64,000 nucleotides of DNA from an uncultured Thermoleophilia bacterium. Its GTDB lineage: Bacteria; Actinomycetota; Thermoleophilia; UBA2241. Below, piece after piece: positions 27,859-38,478 of this stretch (its first letter is position 1; each line of letters starts with the position of its first letter). The notes beneath the pieces are model-generated. The model made no database searches, was not told the origin of the DNA, and worked only from the letters and a program-made list of their open reading frames with translations. Where the stretch lies: assembly GCA_963702475.1 (NCBI GenBank), contig CAVPCT010000003.1, forward strand, positions 1,073,819 through 1,137,818. The letters are read 5' to 3'. The translations under genes and the position numbers were made by a program.

Positions 27859-28850
27859 ACGACATGGTCGACAGGTACGTGTGGGCGGTCGCGCGCGACC
27901 TGCCCAAGTCCATGCGCGACGACGTCGCCCGCGAGGTGCGCGCCACCATCGAGGACATGCTGGAGGCGCGCGGCTCGAGCGGCGACGAGACGGTCCGCGA
28001 CGTGCTGCTGGAGCTGGGCGATCCCGCGGAGCTGGCGGCTGGCTACGCCGGGACGAAGCGGTACCTCATCGGGCCGGCGCTGTACCCCGCCTTCGTCAAG
28101 CTCCTGCGCACCGTGCTGCTGGTGGCCCTGCCCATCGTGGCCGCCGCGACACTGGCGGGCGGGTTGCTGTCGCGGGACGCGGGCGTCTGGGCCTCCATGC
28201 TCAGCGCCCTCAACGCCGCGTTCATGACGGGCGTCATGATCGCCTTCTGGGTGACGCTGGTCTTCTTCTTCATCGAACGTTCCGGTAAGGCCGGGTCGCA
28301 GTCGCAGCGCGCGAAAGGGGACTGGCGCCCCGAGTCGCTGCCCCAGGTGGCGGAGCCACGGACCATCTCGCTCGCGGAGACGGCGCTCTCCCTGGTCGCG
28401 CTGACGCTCCTCGTTGCGTGGATCCCCTGGCAGAGGACGCACTCCGTGATCCACACCGACGGGGTACCGGTGCCGTTCCTCTCGGACTACCTGTGGGAGG
28501 CGTGGATCCCGGTCTTCATCGCGATCGTCGCGGTGAGCATGGGCATCGAGGTGTGGAAGTCCGTCTCTGGACGGTGGACGCGGCCGCTCGTGATCGCCAA
28601 CATCGTCGCGGACGTGGTCTTCGCGGCGTTCGTCGCGGTGCTCCTGGGGACGCAGCAGGTCGTAGGCCCTGAGTTCCTCGCTGCCTTCGAGGCGCGTACC
28701 GGCCTGGCCTTCCCCGGCGAGGTGTTGGGCACGGTCGTGCTCCTGGTCGTGCTGGGGATCTGCGCCTGGGACAGCATCGAGTGCGTGCTGAAGTACGTGC
28801 GGTCCGGGCGGGCGCGCGCAACAGGGCGTTTCGTGGCCGGCGTGATCTGA
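27855..28850 (+). CDS. PadR-associated membrane protein (HAAS/permease-prefix N-terminus)
   Basis: DRYVWAV..LP..RDDVA.E, LGDPAELA..Y...YLIGP.LY, several TMs; GGAGG SD. Confidence 0.8.
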   Translation: MNDMVDRYVWAVARDLPKSMRDDVAREVRATIEDMLEARGSSGDETVRDVLLELGDPAELAAGYAGTKRYLIGPALYPAFVKLLRTVLLVALPIVAAATLAGGLLSRDAGVWASMLSALNAAFMTGVMIAFWVTLVFFFIERSGKAGSQSQRAKGDWRPESLPQVAEPRTISLAETALSLVALTLLVAWIPWQRTHSVIHTDGVPVPFLSDYLWEAWIPVFIAIVAVSMGIEVWKSVSGRWTRPLVIANIVADVVFAAFVAVLLGTQQVVGPEFLAAFEARTGLAFPGEVLGTVVLLVVLGICAWDSIECVLKYVRSGRARATGRFVAGVI

Positions 28851-28915
28851 GCGCGCCGGGTCTGCGCGGTGTGCGGTCGCTGGCGGCGGCGGATTTCGGG
28901 TACACTACCTCGGTC

Positions 28916-30077
28916 ATGAGCCCCGCCGCCTCAGAAGCACTCGTCCAGCTGGATGCGCTCCGCGAGCGTCTCAAGGAAGCCTCCGGGCGCCTTGGATGGC
29001 TGCGGAGCTATCTTTGACCCCCCCAGGCTGACAGAGCAGCTCGCGGCGCTCGAGGAGCGCATGCGTGCGCCCGACTTCTGGGACGACCAGGAGCAGGCGT
29101 CCCAGGTCTCCGCCGAGTACAGCCGCGTCAAACGCCGCCTCGAGGAGTTCGCCGAGCTCGAAGGGCGCTTCGCCGACCTCGAGTCCACCGAAGAGCTCCT
29201 GCGCGAGGAGACGGCCGGCGACGCCGTGGACGACGAGCTCCTCAAGGAGCTCGTGGACGGCGTCGCCCGCCTCGAGCACGACCTCGAGCGCGGCGAGGAG
29301 CAGCGCTTCTTCAGTGGCAAGTACGACGAGGGTGGCGCCATCATGACCATCCACCCCGGCGCCGGCGGCACCGAGTCGCAGGACTGGGCCGAGATGCTGC
29401 TGCGCATGTACCTGCGCTGGTTCGAGCGCCGCGGCTTCAAGGTCGAGATCAACGACCTGCAGGACGGCGACGAGGCGGGGCTCAAGAGCGCCACGCTCAC
29501 CGTCGAGGGCGAGAACGTGTACGGACTGGTCCAGGCGGAGCGCGGCGTGCACCGGCTCGTGCGCCTCAGCCCGTTCGACTCGGCCAACCGCCGCCACACG
29601 AGCTTCGTGTCCGTCGATGCCTCACCGCTCGTCAGCGACGACGTGGACGTCGAGATCGACGAGGACGAACTGCGTATCGACACCTATCGCTCCAGCGGCG
29701 CCGGCGGGCAGCACGTGAACAAGACCAGCTCGGCCATTCGCATCACGCACCTGCCGACCAACATCGTCGTGCAGTGCCAGAACGAGCGTTCCCAGCTGCA
29801 GAACAAGACGGTCGCCATGCACATGCTCAAGTCCAAGCTCGTCGAGCTCGAGGAGCGCAAGCGCGCCGAGGAGATGGCGCGCGAGCGCGGCGAGGTGCTC
29901 AACGTGGACTTCGGCAGCCAGATTCGCAGCTACGTGCTGCATCCGTACCAGATGGTCAAGGACACGCGCACCGGCTTTGAGGTCGGCAACGCGCAGGGCG
30001 TGCTCGACGGCGACCTGGACGGTTTCGTGCACGCCTACCTGGTCTGGCGCGCGGGCGGCAGCGAGACGCGCGCGTGA
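28916..30077 (+). CDS. prfB: Peptide chain release factor 2 with programmed +1 frameshift
   Basis: 33-codon ORF1 ending CTT TGA C (29012-29018) with GGAG just upstream; +1 frame has SPF and GAGGQHVN. Confidence 0.95.
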
Positions 30078-30706
30078 CGCCGGGCGGCGAGCAGCCCGCC
30101 GCCGCCCACCCCGCCGCGCAGCGCGCTGAGGGCGGTCCGGGACGCGCCGCCGAGCGCGGTCGGTCCGCGGGAGTGGGGAGCTTCGGAGTCGCGACCGTCC
30201 CTGCAGTGCTGCGCGGCCGGATCGTCACCCTGAGGCCGGCGACCGCAGCCGACGCGCCGGCCTTGCTCGCCATCCTTGACGAACCCGAAGTCGCCGCCTG
30301 GTGGCGGCGCGACGAGTGGGAGCGCCTGGACGAGACCGACGCCGTCAGTCTCGTCATCGAGGTCGACGGCGTCGCGGCGGGCTGTATCCAGTACCACGAG
30401 GAGGCCGACCCCGACTACTTCTCTGCGGCCGTGGACGTCTTCGTCTCGGCCGCCGTCCACGGCCGCGGCGTCGGCGCCGACGCCATGCGCGCGCTCATCG
30501 CCTGGCTCATCGACGTGCGTGGTCACCACCGCCTCACGGTCGATCCGGCGGCGGCCAACGCGCGCGCCGTCCACGTGTACGAGAAGCTCGGGTTCCGTAT
30601 CGTCGGCACGCTGCGGCAGTACGAGCGCGACGGCGACGGCAGGTGGCGCGACGCGCTGCTCATGGAGCTGCTGGCGACGGAGCTCGTGCGCGACGAGGGT
30701 GCGTGA
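30074..30706 (+). CDS. GNAT acetyltransferase (AAC(6')-like); start uncertain
   Basis: EPEVAAWW, HGRGVG, HHRLTVDPAAANARA..YEKLGF. Confidence 0.8.
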   Translation: MTPGGEQPAAAHPAAQRAEGGPGRAAERGRSAGVGSFGVATVPAVLRGRIVTLRPATAADAPALLAILDEPEVAAWWRRDEWERLDETDAVSLVIEVDGVAAGCIQYHEEADPDYFSAAVDVFVSAAVHGRGVGADAMRALIAWLIDVRGHHRLTVDPAAANARAVHVYEKLGFRIVGTLRQYERDGDGRWRDALLMELLATELVRDEGA

Positions 30707-31602
30707 ACGCTCCGTCGTACACCACCACGGGTCTCCTGCCCTTCCGCGGCCACCGCACGTGGTACGGGATCGTCGGGGCAGGCGAGGAGCCGGGCCGCTC
30801 GCCCCTGGTGGTCTGTCACGGCGGGCCGGGATTCCCGCACGACGCCCTGGAGCCGCTGGCCGCACTGGCGCGGGGACGTCGCGTCGTCTTCTACGACCAG
30901 CTCGGTTGCGGGCGCTCCGATCACCCGCACGACCCGTCGCTGTGGTCGGTCGAGCTGTTCGAGGCCGAGTTGGGCGCGCTGCGCGCCGCGCTCGGCCTGG
31001 AGCGCTGTCACCTGTTCGGCCAGTCCTGGGGAGGGTCGCTGGCGCTGGCGCACGCCGCGGGCGCCGACGGCATCACGAGTCTGACGCTGGCCGATCCCCT
31101 CGTATGTACTGCCGACTGGATCGCCGAGGCCGACCGGTTGCGCGCGCAGCTGCCCAGGGACGTCCAGGGCGTGCTCCGCCGGCACGAGGCGGCCGGCACC
31201 GCCGGCGACCCCGCCTACCAGCAGGCGATGATGGTGTACTACCTGCGACACGTCTGCCGTCTCGACCCGTGGCCCGACTGTCTGCTGCGCTCGCTGGCGG
31301 CGCTCGAGGCCGACCCCGAGGTGTACCTCACCATGTGGGGGTCGAGCGAGTTCCACTGCACGGGGGTCCTGAAGGACTGGGACGTGCGGCCGCGTCTCGG
31401 CGACATCCGGGCGCCGTCACTGGTCGTGGGCGGGCGCTACGACGAGTGCACGCCGGCCATCCAGGAGGACCTGTCCCGGCGCCTGTCGGGCTCGGAGTGG
31501 GTTGTCTTCGAGGGAAGCTCGCACATGCCCTTCCTGGAGGAGACCGGCCGGTTCCTGGCGGTCGTGGACGCGTTTCTGCGCCGCGTGGAGTCCTCCGTAT
31601 GA
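30703..31602 (+). CDS. Proline iminopeptidase-family alpha/beta hydrolase
   Basis: HGGPG, YDQLGCGRS, GQSWGG, GRYDE, SSHMP. Confidence 0.9.
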   Translation: MNAPSYTTTGLLPFRGHRTWYGIVGAGEEPGRSPLVVCHGGPGFPHDALEPLAALARGRRVVFYDQLGCGRSDHPHDPSLWSVELFEAELGALRAALGLERCHLFGQSWGGSLALAHAAGADGITSLTLADPLVCTADWIAEADRLRAQLPRDVQGVLRRHEAAGTAGDPAYQQAMMVYYLRHVCRLDPWPDCLLRSLAALEADPEVYLTMWGSSEFHCTGVLKDWDVRPRLGDIRAPSLVVGGRYDECTPAIQEDLSRRLSGSEWVVFEGSSHMPFLEETGRFLAVVDAFLRRVESSV

Positions 31603-32642
31603 GGCAGAAGGGCAGGCGGGCCGGCGCGGATACGGCGCCCGTCACGCGGGCACCGTATCCCAAGATCGAGCTGCACGTGCACCTGGAGGCCACCGTGAGG
31701 CCCGCGCGACTGCTCGAGATCGCGCGCCGCAACGGCGTGCGCCCGCCGGCGCGCACCGTGTGGGGCCTGCGCCGCGTGTACCGGATCGGCGGCTTTCACG
31801 ACTTCCTCAGGGCGTGGATCAGGACCTCGCGCTGTCTCGTCCGCGCCCGCGACTTCCACGAGGTCGTCGTCGACTACGCCGAGGAATCGGCCTCACGTGG
31901 CTGCGTCTACGTCGAGGCGCTCTTCTCGCCGACCGAGCCGATGAAGCGCGGCACGCCCTGGCAGGAGGTCTTCGAAGGGTACTGCGACGGGGCCGACGAG
32001 GCGCGCGAGCGGCACGGCGTGGACATCCGCTTCACGCCGGACATCACCCGCGACCTGCCGGTGGAGCTGGCGGACCAGCTGGTGCAGTGGGCGGTGCGCT
32101 TCCGCGAGCGCGGGGTGCTCGGGGTGAGCCTCGGTGGCAGCGAGGACCGGTATCCGCCGGAGCTGTTCGCGCGACCGTTCGCGGCCGCCCGTGAGGGCGG
32201 CCTGAAGGCCGCGCCGCACGCCGGCGAGCTCGCCGGGCCGGCGTCGGTGCGCGCCGCGCTCGACGTGCTGCACGCCGACCGCCTGCGGCACGGCGTGCGA
32301 GCCGTCGAGGACCCGGCGCTCCTGGCGGAGCTGGCCACGCGCGGCATCGTGTGCGACGTGACTCCGACCAGCAACGTCCTTACCGGCGTCGTGCGCTCGC
32401 TCGACAGGCATCCGTTGCCGCGGATGCTGGCCGCCGGCGTGCCGTGCTCCATCTCCACCGACGATCCGGTGCTGATGGGCACCGACCTCGACCGCGAGTG
32501 CGCGGCGGCCGTCCGCATGGGGCACACGCCGCGGGGCATGTTCGAGCAGGCGCTCTCGGGTGTCTTCTGCGACGACGACACGTGTCGCCGCCTCTCCACG
32601 CTCGGCGAAGCCTTCGACTGGACGGCGACGGAGGTTGCCTGA
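31599..32642 (+). CDS. add: Adenosine deaminase family protein
   Basis: PKIELHVHLE, HAGE, RLRHGV, PTSN, STDDP. Confidence 0.88.
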   Translation: MRQKGRRAGADTAPVTRAPYPKIELHVHLEATVRPARLLEIARRNGVRPPARTVWGLRRVYRIGGFHDFLRAWIRTSRCLVRARDFHEVVVDYAEESASRGCVYVEALFSPTEPMKRGTPWQEVFEGYCDGADEARERHGVDIRFTPDITRDLPVELADQLVQWAVRFRERGVLGVSLGGSEDRYPPELFARPFAAAREGGLKAAPHAGELAGPASVRAALDVLHADRLRHGVRAVEDPALLAELATRGIVCDVTPTSNVLTGVVRSLDRHPLPRMLAAGVPCSISTDDPVLMGTDLDRECAAAVRMGHTPRGMFEQALSGVFCDDDTCRRLSTLGEAFDWTATEVA

Positions 32643-32666
32643 AGCCCGCACTGGGCACCGTAGAGC

Positions 32667-34043
32667 GTGGAACCCGCCGGCCAGGAGGTCCGCGTGACGT
32701 CGTCCCGCACCGTCGTGTCCGTCCTCGTCGCCTGCAGCCTCGGCTACACCCTCGCAGCACTGCTGCTCCCGTTCGAGGTGGCCGAGGTTCTCGGCGGCCC
32801 GCTGGTCGTGGCCGGCGCCTACTTCGGCGGTCGCCGTGGAGGCCTGCTCACGGGGCTGTGGGCCTCTCTCTCCATCATCGTCGCCAGCCTCTCGCTCGCG
32901 GACGTCGGGCTCGATGAGGTGATCATCGTCGCCGCCGGGTACCTCGTCCTCGGCATCGCTCTGGGCGTCGGGGTGCACAGATGGCGCCTCGAGCAGCGCG
33001 ACCTGCGGGACGCCCTGGCGTCACGACAGGCGGTGCAGACGCAGCTGTCGGCGAGCCAGAAGCGCTACCGCCTGCTGTTCGAGAGCAGCAACGACACGGT
33101 GTACCTCCACGGGATGGATGCCCACGGAGAGCCGACGCGCTTCGTGGCCGTGAACGACGCGGCCTGCGAGCGCCTGGGGTACACGCGTGATGAGTTGCTC
33201 GGTCTGCTGCCGCGCAAGATAGACGCCGCTCCGCGACCGGGGCAGCTCCGTGAGGTCATGGCGCGTCTTCTCAAGGAAGACCGCGTGATGTGGGAGTCCG
33301 TCTTGCGCGCGCGGGACGGCGAGAAGATCGCGGTGGAGATCGGCTCCAGCCTGACCGACGTGGACGGGGAGCTCGTGGTGCTCTCCATTGCGCGGGACAT
33401 CAGCGGCCGCAAGGAGCAGGAGCAGCGCCTCCTCGAGCTCTCGCTGCGCGACCACCTCACCGGCCTGCTCAACCGGCGCGGCTTTCTCGTGATGCTGCCG
33501 GAGCACCGCAAGCAGGCCAAGCGCAGCGGCACACGTGTCGTCGTTCTGTACGCGGACCTGGACGGGCTCAAGGAGATCAACGACCGCCTCGGCCACGCGC
33601 GTGGCGACGAGGCGATCAGGGCGGTGGCCGTGGCGCTGCGGCAGACCTTCCGCGAGACCGACCTGATCGCGCGCCTGGGTGGAGACGAGTTCTGCGTGGT
33701 CGCCCAAGCCGATCAGGACGCCGATCCCAGAGCGTTCGTGAGGCGGCTCGACGCCGCCCTTGCTGAGGCCGGGGTCAAGCTCGAGCTGCCGTTGAGCGTG
33801 AGCTGCGGCACCGTGGTCACCGGCTGGCGGGGACTGGAGGACGCACAAGACCTGCTGGAGCGTGCCGACGCCCTGATGTACGAGCAGAAGAACTCCCGGC
33901 GCGGGGAGCCCGGCTCGGCGCACGGGGGGACCGAGCCGCGCGCCGCGACGGACACGGCGGCGGGGACAGCACCCGCAGGTGAAGCCGAGTCCGGGGGGGA
34001 GACGGGAGCCGCACCGCGAACGGCGTCCGCCGGTGGAGCTTGA
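32667..34043 (+). CDS. Membrane PAS-GGDEF diguanylate cyclase
   Basis: N-terminal TMs, PAS (VNDAACERLGY), DHLTGLLNRRG, GGDEF. Confidence 0.9.
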   Translation: MEPAGQEVRVTSSRTVVSVLVACSLGYTLAALLLPFEVAEVLGGPLVVAGAYFGGRRGGLLTGLWASLSIIVASLSLADVGLDEVIIVAAGYLVLGIALGVGVHRWRLEQRDLRDALASRQAVQTQLSASQKRYRLLFESSNDTVYLHGMDAHGEPTRFVAVNDAACERLGYTRDELLGLLPRKIDAAPRPGQLREVMARLLKEDRVMWESVLRARDGEKIAVEIGSSLTDVDGELVVLSIARDISGRKEQEQRLLELSLRDHLTGLLNRRGFLVMLPEHRKQAKRSGTRVVVLYADLDGLKEINDRLGHARGDEAIRAVAVALRQTFRETDLIARLGGDEFCVVAQADQDADPRAFVRRLDAALAEAGVKLELPLSVSCGTVVTGWRGLEDAQDLLERADALMYEQKNSRRGEPGSAHGGTEPRAATDTAAGTAPAGEAESGGETGAAPRTASAGGA

Positions 34044-34103
34044 ACGGTCGCCGGCGGTGTAGGCTACTCCTGTGAGGGCGCCCCGCGGTCACGCCGCGGG
34101 GCT

Positions 34104-35117
34104 GTGGTGTGCAAGGAGATCCGGGTGGGTGAAGAAGCGCTCGCGGGGAGCGCGGGTGCCGGCCGTGACGCCCTGAACGTCGTGTTGGGCGCGCGTGGCG
34201 GCATCGGCGGCGCCATAGTCAGGGAACTCGTGGGGCAGGGCAGGCGCGTGCGCGCGGTGACGCGCACCGGCGACGCCGGGGTCAGCGAGACCCCTCTTCC
34301 CCCGGCGTCGTACGAAGACTGGGCCTGCGACCTCACCGACGCCGAGCGTCTGCGCCGCGCCGTCGCCGGCGCCTCCGTGGTCTACCACTGCGCCCGCCCC
34401 GCCTACACCCGCTGGTGGAGCGAGTTCGAGCCGCTCAACCGGGCGGTGGTCGACGCCGTCGAGGCGGCGGGCGCCAAACTGGTGTACGCCGACAGCCTGG
34501 CGATGTACGAACCAGGGTCGAGCCCGATGACGGAGGAGTCACCGGCGACGGCGGGCACCAAGAAGGGGTCGCTGCGCGCCAGACTGGCCGCGGAACTGCT
34601 CGAGGCGCACGCGAGCGGCCGCTTGCGCGTGGTCATCGGGCGCGCGGCCGACTACTTCGGGCCGCGCGGAGTGCACTGCGCTCTCGGGCGGCGGTTCTTC
34701 ACCGACCTGCTCGCCGGCCGCAAGACGCAGTGGTTCAAGTCGTTGGACCAGCCCCACAGCCTGAGCTACCTGCCCGATCTCGCGCGGGCCTTCGTGCTGC
34801 TCGGCGCCCGCGACGACGCCGACGGGCAGGTGTGGCACACACCGGTGTGCTGTCCGGTGACCGGACGGGAGCTCATCGAGGCCGCGGCCCGCGCCGCAGG
34901 CGTGAAACCGCGGCCGGCCGTCCTCAAGGAGAGTACAGTCACGTTCTACGGCATCTTCGTCCCGACGTTCCGCGAGTACCCCGAGCTCGCGTACCAGTGG
35001 GACGCGCCCTTCGTGAGTGACGCGGGCAGGTTCGAAAGGGCTTACGGACCCTTCGCGCTCACGCCGCTCGACGAGGCGCTCGAGGCGACTGTCGCCTGGT
35101 ACAGGGCGCTCGTCTGA
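34104..35117 (+). CDS. NAD-dependent epimerase/dehydratase family protein
   Basis: VLGARGGIGG, TKKGSLRA, DYFGP, SYLPDLARA. Confidence 0.85.
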   Translation: MVCKEIRVGEEALAGSAGAGRDALNVVLGARGGIGGAIVRELVGQGRRVRAVTRTGDAGVSETPLPPASYEDWACDLTDAERLRRAVAGASVVYHCARPAYTRWWSEFEPLNRAVVDAVEAAGAKLVYADSLAMYEPGSSPMTEESPATAGTKKGSLRARLAAELLEAHASGRLRVVIGRAADYFGPRGVHCALGRRFFTDLLAGRKTQWFKSLDQPHSLSYLPDLARAFVLLGARDDADGQVWHTPVCCPVTGRELIEAAARAAGVKPRPAVLKESTVTFYGIFVPTFREYPELAYQWDAPFVSDAGRFERAYGPFALTPLDEALEATVAWYRALV

Positions 35118-35305
35118 GCGCGGGGAGGCGCTGCTTGAGCGGCCCGCAAGACCGGGGCCGCGGCCGGCCCGGCTTGCCTGTAGAATCCGGACCTGATAAG
35201 GTGTGTTTCCAGACCACGGGAGCCGGTTCCCGCCTGAGCGCCTCGCGCCGGGCATTCCTCCCGCAGCAATCGCCCAGACTCTGTGAAAACCGGACAGTGT
35301 TCTGA

Positions 35306-37138
35306 ATGAAAGGAACACCAGTCCGCAGCCAGTCTGGCCGCCCCGAGGGCGGCTCTTCACAAGGCGAACTCCCGCTCACCCCGCTGATCCCTGTCGAGTC
35401 GTCAGGGTCGTCGGACGTGCGCGTCGCCGAGGCACGTACGGGTGAGTCCGGGAAGAGAGAGTCAGTGAATCCAGTCATCGATCCCGCCGTCGACACCGCA
35501 CGCCCGCAGGGCGAGGAGGCGCCGACGCGCCGTCGCCGCGGTGGACGCGGCCGCGGCACCGCCGCCCGCCCTGAGGGCGGCGCCGGCACGGCCGTTCAGA
35601 GTCCCGCCGCCCCGAGTGGCGCGACGCAGGCACCGCCCTCCTCCGAGCAGCGCACAGACGAGCGGTCTGAGCGCCAGCCTCGTGAGGGCCGGGAGCAGCG
35701 TCGCGACAGCAAGGGCGGCTCTGGCCGCGACAGGTCCGGCCGCGACCGCGACCGCGGGCGCGGCCCGCGTCGCGACCGCGAAGGCCGCGGCGGCCAGGGT
35801 GTGGACAAGAGCTACGTGGAGCGTCAGCACGCGGCGAGGCCTTCAGGCCCCGCCCCTGAGGTCGACCTGCCGGCGTTCGCCGCGCTCGGCCTCACGGGCG
35901 AACTGCTGGCCGGCGTCGCCGCCATGGGGTACGAGACGCCCACCCCCATCCAGGAGCAGGCCATCCCGCGCGTCCTCGCCGGACGCGACGTGGTGGGAAG
36001 TGCGCAGACCGGTACCGGCAAGACGGCCGCTTTCGTCGTGCCCATCTTGCAGCGCATGACAGGCCCGACCGTCGCCGACGGCCGCACGGCCCACCCGTCC
36101 ACCCTGGTGGTGACTCCCACGCGCGAGCTCTGCGCGCAGATCGAAGAGGTCGGCGAGACGCTCAGCACGTACAGCGGGCGCACCGTGGCCGCCGTGTTCG
36201 GCGGCGTGCCGTACGACCCCCAGGCGAAGAGGGTGCGCAAGGGCGTCGACATGCTGGTCGCCACCCCGGGCCGCCTGCTGGACATGCTGCGCCAGGGCGA
36301 CGTGCTCCTCGACCAGGTCGACACGCTGGTCCTGGACGAGGCCGACCGCATGCTCGACATGGGCTTCTGGCCGGACGTCAAGCGCATCATCGACGCCCTG
36401 CCGGCCAAGCGCCAGAACCTCTTCTTCTCCGCCACCATGAGCAAGACCGTGCTCAGCATCATCGAGGACACCCTGCATCAGCCGGTGTTCATCCAGCTGG
36501 GCGGCGTGGCCACCCCCGTGGACGGCGTCGAGCAGAAGGTCCTGCCGGTCAACCAGGAGCAGAAGGTGGACCTGCTGGTGGAGTACTTCCGCCACCACGA
36601 CCCCGCGCGCACCCTGGTCTTCACGCGCACGCGTCGTCGTGCCGAGCGCCTCTCCATCACCCTCAACAGGGCGGGCATCACCTGCGAGGCCATCCACGGC
36701 GACCGTTCGCAGGGCCAGCGTCAGCAGGCGCTCGACGGCTTCAAGAACGGCAAGATCGCCGTGCTCGTCGCCACCGACGTGGTCGCGCGCGGCATCGACG
36801 TGGACAACATCACCCACGTCATCAACTTCGACATCCCGACCAACCCCGAGGACTACGTGCACCGCATCGGGCGCACCGCCCGCGCCGGCGCCAGCGGCAT
36901 CGCCGTCAGTCTGCTGACGGGTGAGGACGTGCACGACCTCAAGGCCATCGAGCGGCTCATCGGCGCCACCATCGAGCGGCACGACCTGCCGGGGTTCGAG
37001 TACGACAAACGCATCATCCCCGAGTCCCACCAGGTCGAGCCCCGCATGGGCAAGATGGTGTGGAACGGGGGCGCGCGACGTGCCTGGACGAAGACGGGTG
37101 TCCGCCGGCGTCCGCCGAAGCGCGCTTCGTCGCATTGA
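35306..37138 (+). CDS. DEAD-box RNA helicase with long disordered Arg/Gly-rich N-terminus; start uncertain
   Basis: PTPIQ, AQTGTGKT, PTREL, DEAD, SAT, ARGID, HRIGRTAR. Confidence 0.95.
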   Translation: MKGTPVRSQSGRPEGGSSQGELPLTPLIPVESSGSSDVRVAEARTGESGKRESVNPVIDPAVDTARPQGEEAPTRRRRGGRGRGTAARPEGGAGTAVQSPAAPSGATQAPPSSEQRTDERSERQPREGREQRRDSKGGSGRDRSGRDRDRGRGPRRDREGRGGQGVDKSYVERQHAARPSGPAPEVDLPAFAALGLTGELLAGVAAMGYETPTPIQEQAIPRVLAGRDVVGSAQTGTGKTAAFVVPILQRMTGPTVADGRTAHPSTLVVTPTRELCAQIEEVGETLSTYSGRTVAAVFGGVPYDPQAKRVRKGVDMLVATPGRLLDMLRQGDVLLDQVDTLVLDEADRMLDMGFWPDVKRIIDALPAKRQNLFFSATMSKTVLSIIEDTLHQPVFIQLGGVATPVDGVEQKVLPVNQEQKVDLLVEYFRHHDPARTLVFTRTRRRAERLSITLNRAGITCEAIHGDRSQGQRQQALDGFKNGKIAVLVATDVVARGIDVDNITHVINFDIPTNPEDYVHRIGRTARAGASGIAVSLLTGEDVHDLKAIERLIGATIERHDLPGFEYDKRIIPESHQVEPRMGKMVWNGGARRAWTKTGVRRRPPKRASSH

Positions 37139-37187
37139 GCGGCGGGGCGTAGCTTCACCGCCGCCCGGGTCGAGAAGGAGGCCGCGG

Positions 37188-37217
37188 CTGACAGGCCGCG
37201 GCCTCCTTTGCTATACT
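37188..37217 (+). promoter_or_regulatory. tRNA promoter (extended -10)
   Basis: CTGACA 37188-93; TGcTATACT 37209-17. Confidence 0.65.
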
Positions 37218-37230
37218 GCCGTTCCCGCGT

Positions 37231-37306
37231 GGGCGACTAGCTCAGTTGGGAGAGCGCCTGCTCGACAAGCAGGAGGTCGTTGGTTCAATTCCAACGTCGC
37301 CCACCA
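37231..37306 (+). tRNA. tRNA-Val(GAC)
   Basis: GGGCGAC/GTCGCCC acceptor stem, cctgc-tcGACaa-gcagg anticodon arm, GTTCAA T-loop, encoded CCA. Confidence 0.97.
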
Positions 37307-37388
37307 CCTCTGCGCTTCCCTGCAGGGAAGCGGCTCCGCGCGAGAGTGTCGCGTCGCGATGAGGCTCGCGTAACGCGCAGCGGCGCTG

Positions 37389-37426
37389 ATGGCTTCTGCC
37401 CCTGGGGCGGAGGCCATTTTTCGTTT
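37389..37426 (+). terminator. Intrinsic terminator after the tRNA
   Basis: atggcttctgccc..gggcggaggccat stem followed by a T-run. Confidence 0.8.
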
Positions 37427-37546
37427 CGGGCTCCTGGTGAAGACAAGATGATGGCCGAGGGCATGGTGACTGTGGAGCCCGGCTGGGGTGCGGCAGGCCG
37501 GTTGGCCGGGCACGTCGGGCGACACGGCTTGCGCCGCGCCGCTCTC

Positions 37547-37588
37547 TGAGCGGTGCACGTGCGGCGCACCCCTCGCTGAGCCCGCTAC
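37547..37588 (-). repeat. Single copy of the hairpin repeat downstream of trpA
   Basis: Reverse complement gtagcgggctcagcgaggggtgcgccgcacgtgcaccgctca matches the 18180 and 24099 units. Confidence 0.75.
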
Positions 37589-37593
37589 GGGGG

Positions 37594-38478
37594 TCAGTCT
37601 GCGGCGATCGCGGCGCTGGCCGCGCCGATGAGCTCAGCGGCGGCACGGCAGGCGGCGTCGGGGCTCGCCGCGGCCGACACTGCGTCGATGAGCGCACTCC
37701 CGATGATGACGCCGTCGGCGAGGTGGGCCACGCGCGCTGCCTGCTCCGGGGTGGAGATGCCGAAACCGACCACGAGCGGCACGGCGGTACGCTCGCGCAG
37801 CCGTTCGAGCAGGCGCGGCAGGTCCGCTCCCACCTCGGCGCGCGCCCCGGTGACGCCGGTGACGGCCACGCAGTAGATGAAGCTCGTGGCTGAGGCCGCC
37901 ACCATGTCGAGACGGGCCTCGGTGCTCGTGGGCGTGGCCATCGGGACAAGGGAGACGCCGTGCTGCGAGGCGAGGCCGGTGAGGCCGCCGGGGGTGCCGG
38001 GGAACCCGTCCTGCGCCGGCGGGAAGTCCGGCGTCGCGGCCTCGTCCAGCGGCAGGTCGGGGATGACGAGGGCCTCCACGCCGGAGGCGGCCGCACGCGT
38101 GAAGAACCGCTCGGGACCGTAGGCGAGCACGGAGTTGACGTACGTGAGGAGCACGAACGGCGCCGCGCCGCTGTGCCCCGCGACGAGCTGTATCACGTCG
38201 TCGGGCGTGACCCCCGCGACGAGCGCCTGGTGCGTGGAGCGCTGCACGACAGGTCCGTCGGCGATGGGGTCGGAAAAGGGGACGCCGAGCTCGACGATGT
38301 CGGCGCCGGCGGCGGTCACGGCGTCGATGAGCCGGCCGCTGGTCTCGAGGTCGGGATGCCCGCCGGTGAGGTACGGCATGAGGGCCGCGCGGCCGGCGCG
38401 CGGCGCCGCGAAGGCGCGCGCCAGGCGCGGCCCGAGGTTGGGCAGCGGCGCGGGTGACGGTGCGTCCGGGTCTCTCAT
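37594..38478 (-). CDS. trpA: Tryptophan synthase alpha chain
   Basis: [27 protein letters not shown]. Confidence 0.95.
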   Translation of the reverse strand: MRDPDAPSPAPLPNLGPRLARAFAAPRAGRAALMPYLTGGHPDLETSGRLIDAVTAAGADIVELGVPFSDPIADGPVVQRSTHQALVAGVTPDDVIQLVAGHSGAAPFVLLTYVNSVLAYGPERFFTRAAASGVEALVIPDLPLDEAATPDFPPAQDGFPGTPGGLTGLASQHGVSLVPMATPTSTEARLDMVAASATSFIYCVAVTGVTGARAEVGADLPRLLERLRERTAVPLVVGFGISTPEQAARVAHLADGVIIGSALIDAVSAAASPDAACRAAAELIGAASAAIAAD

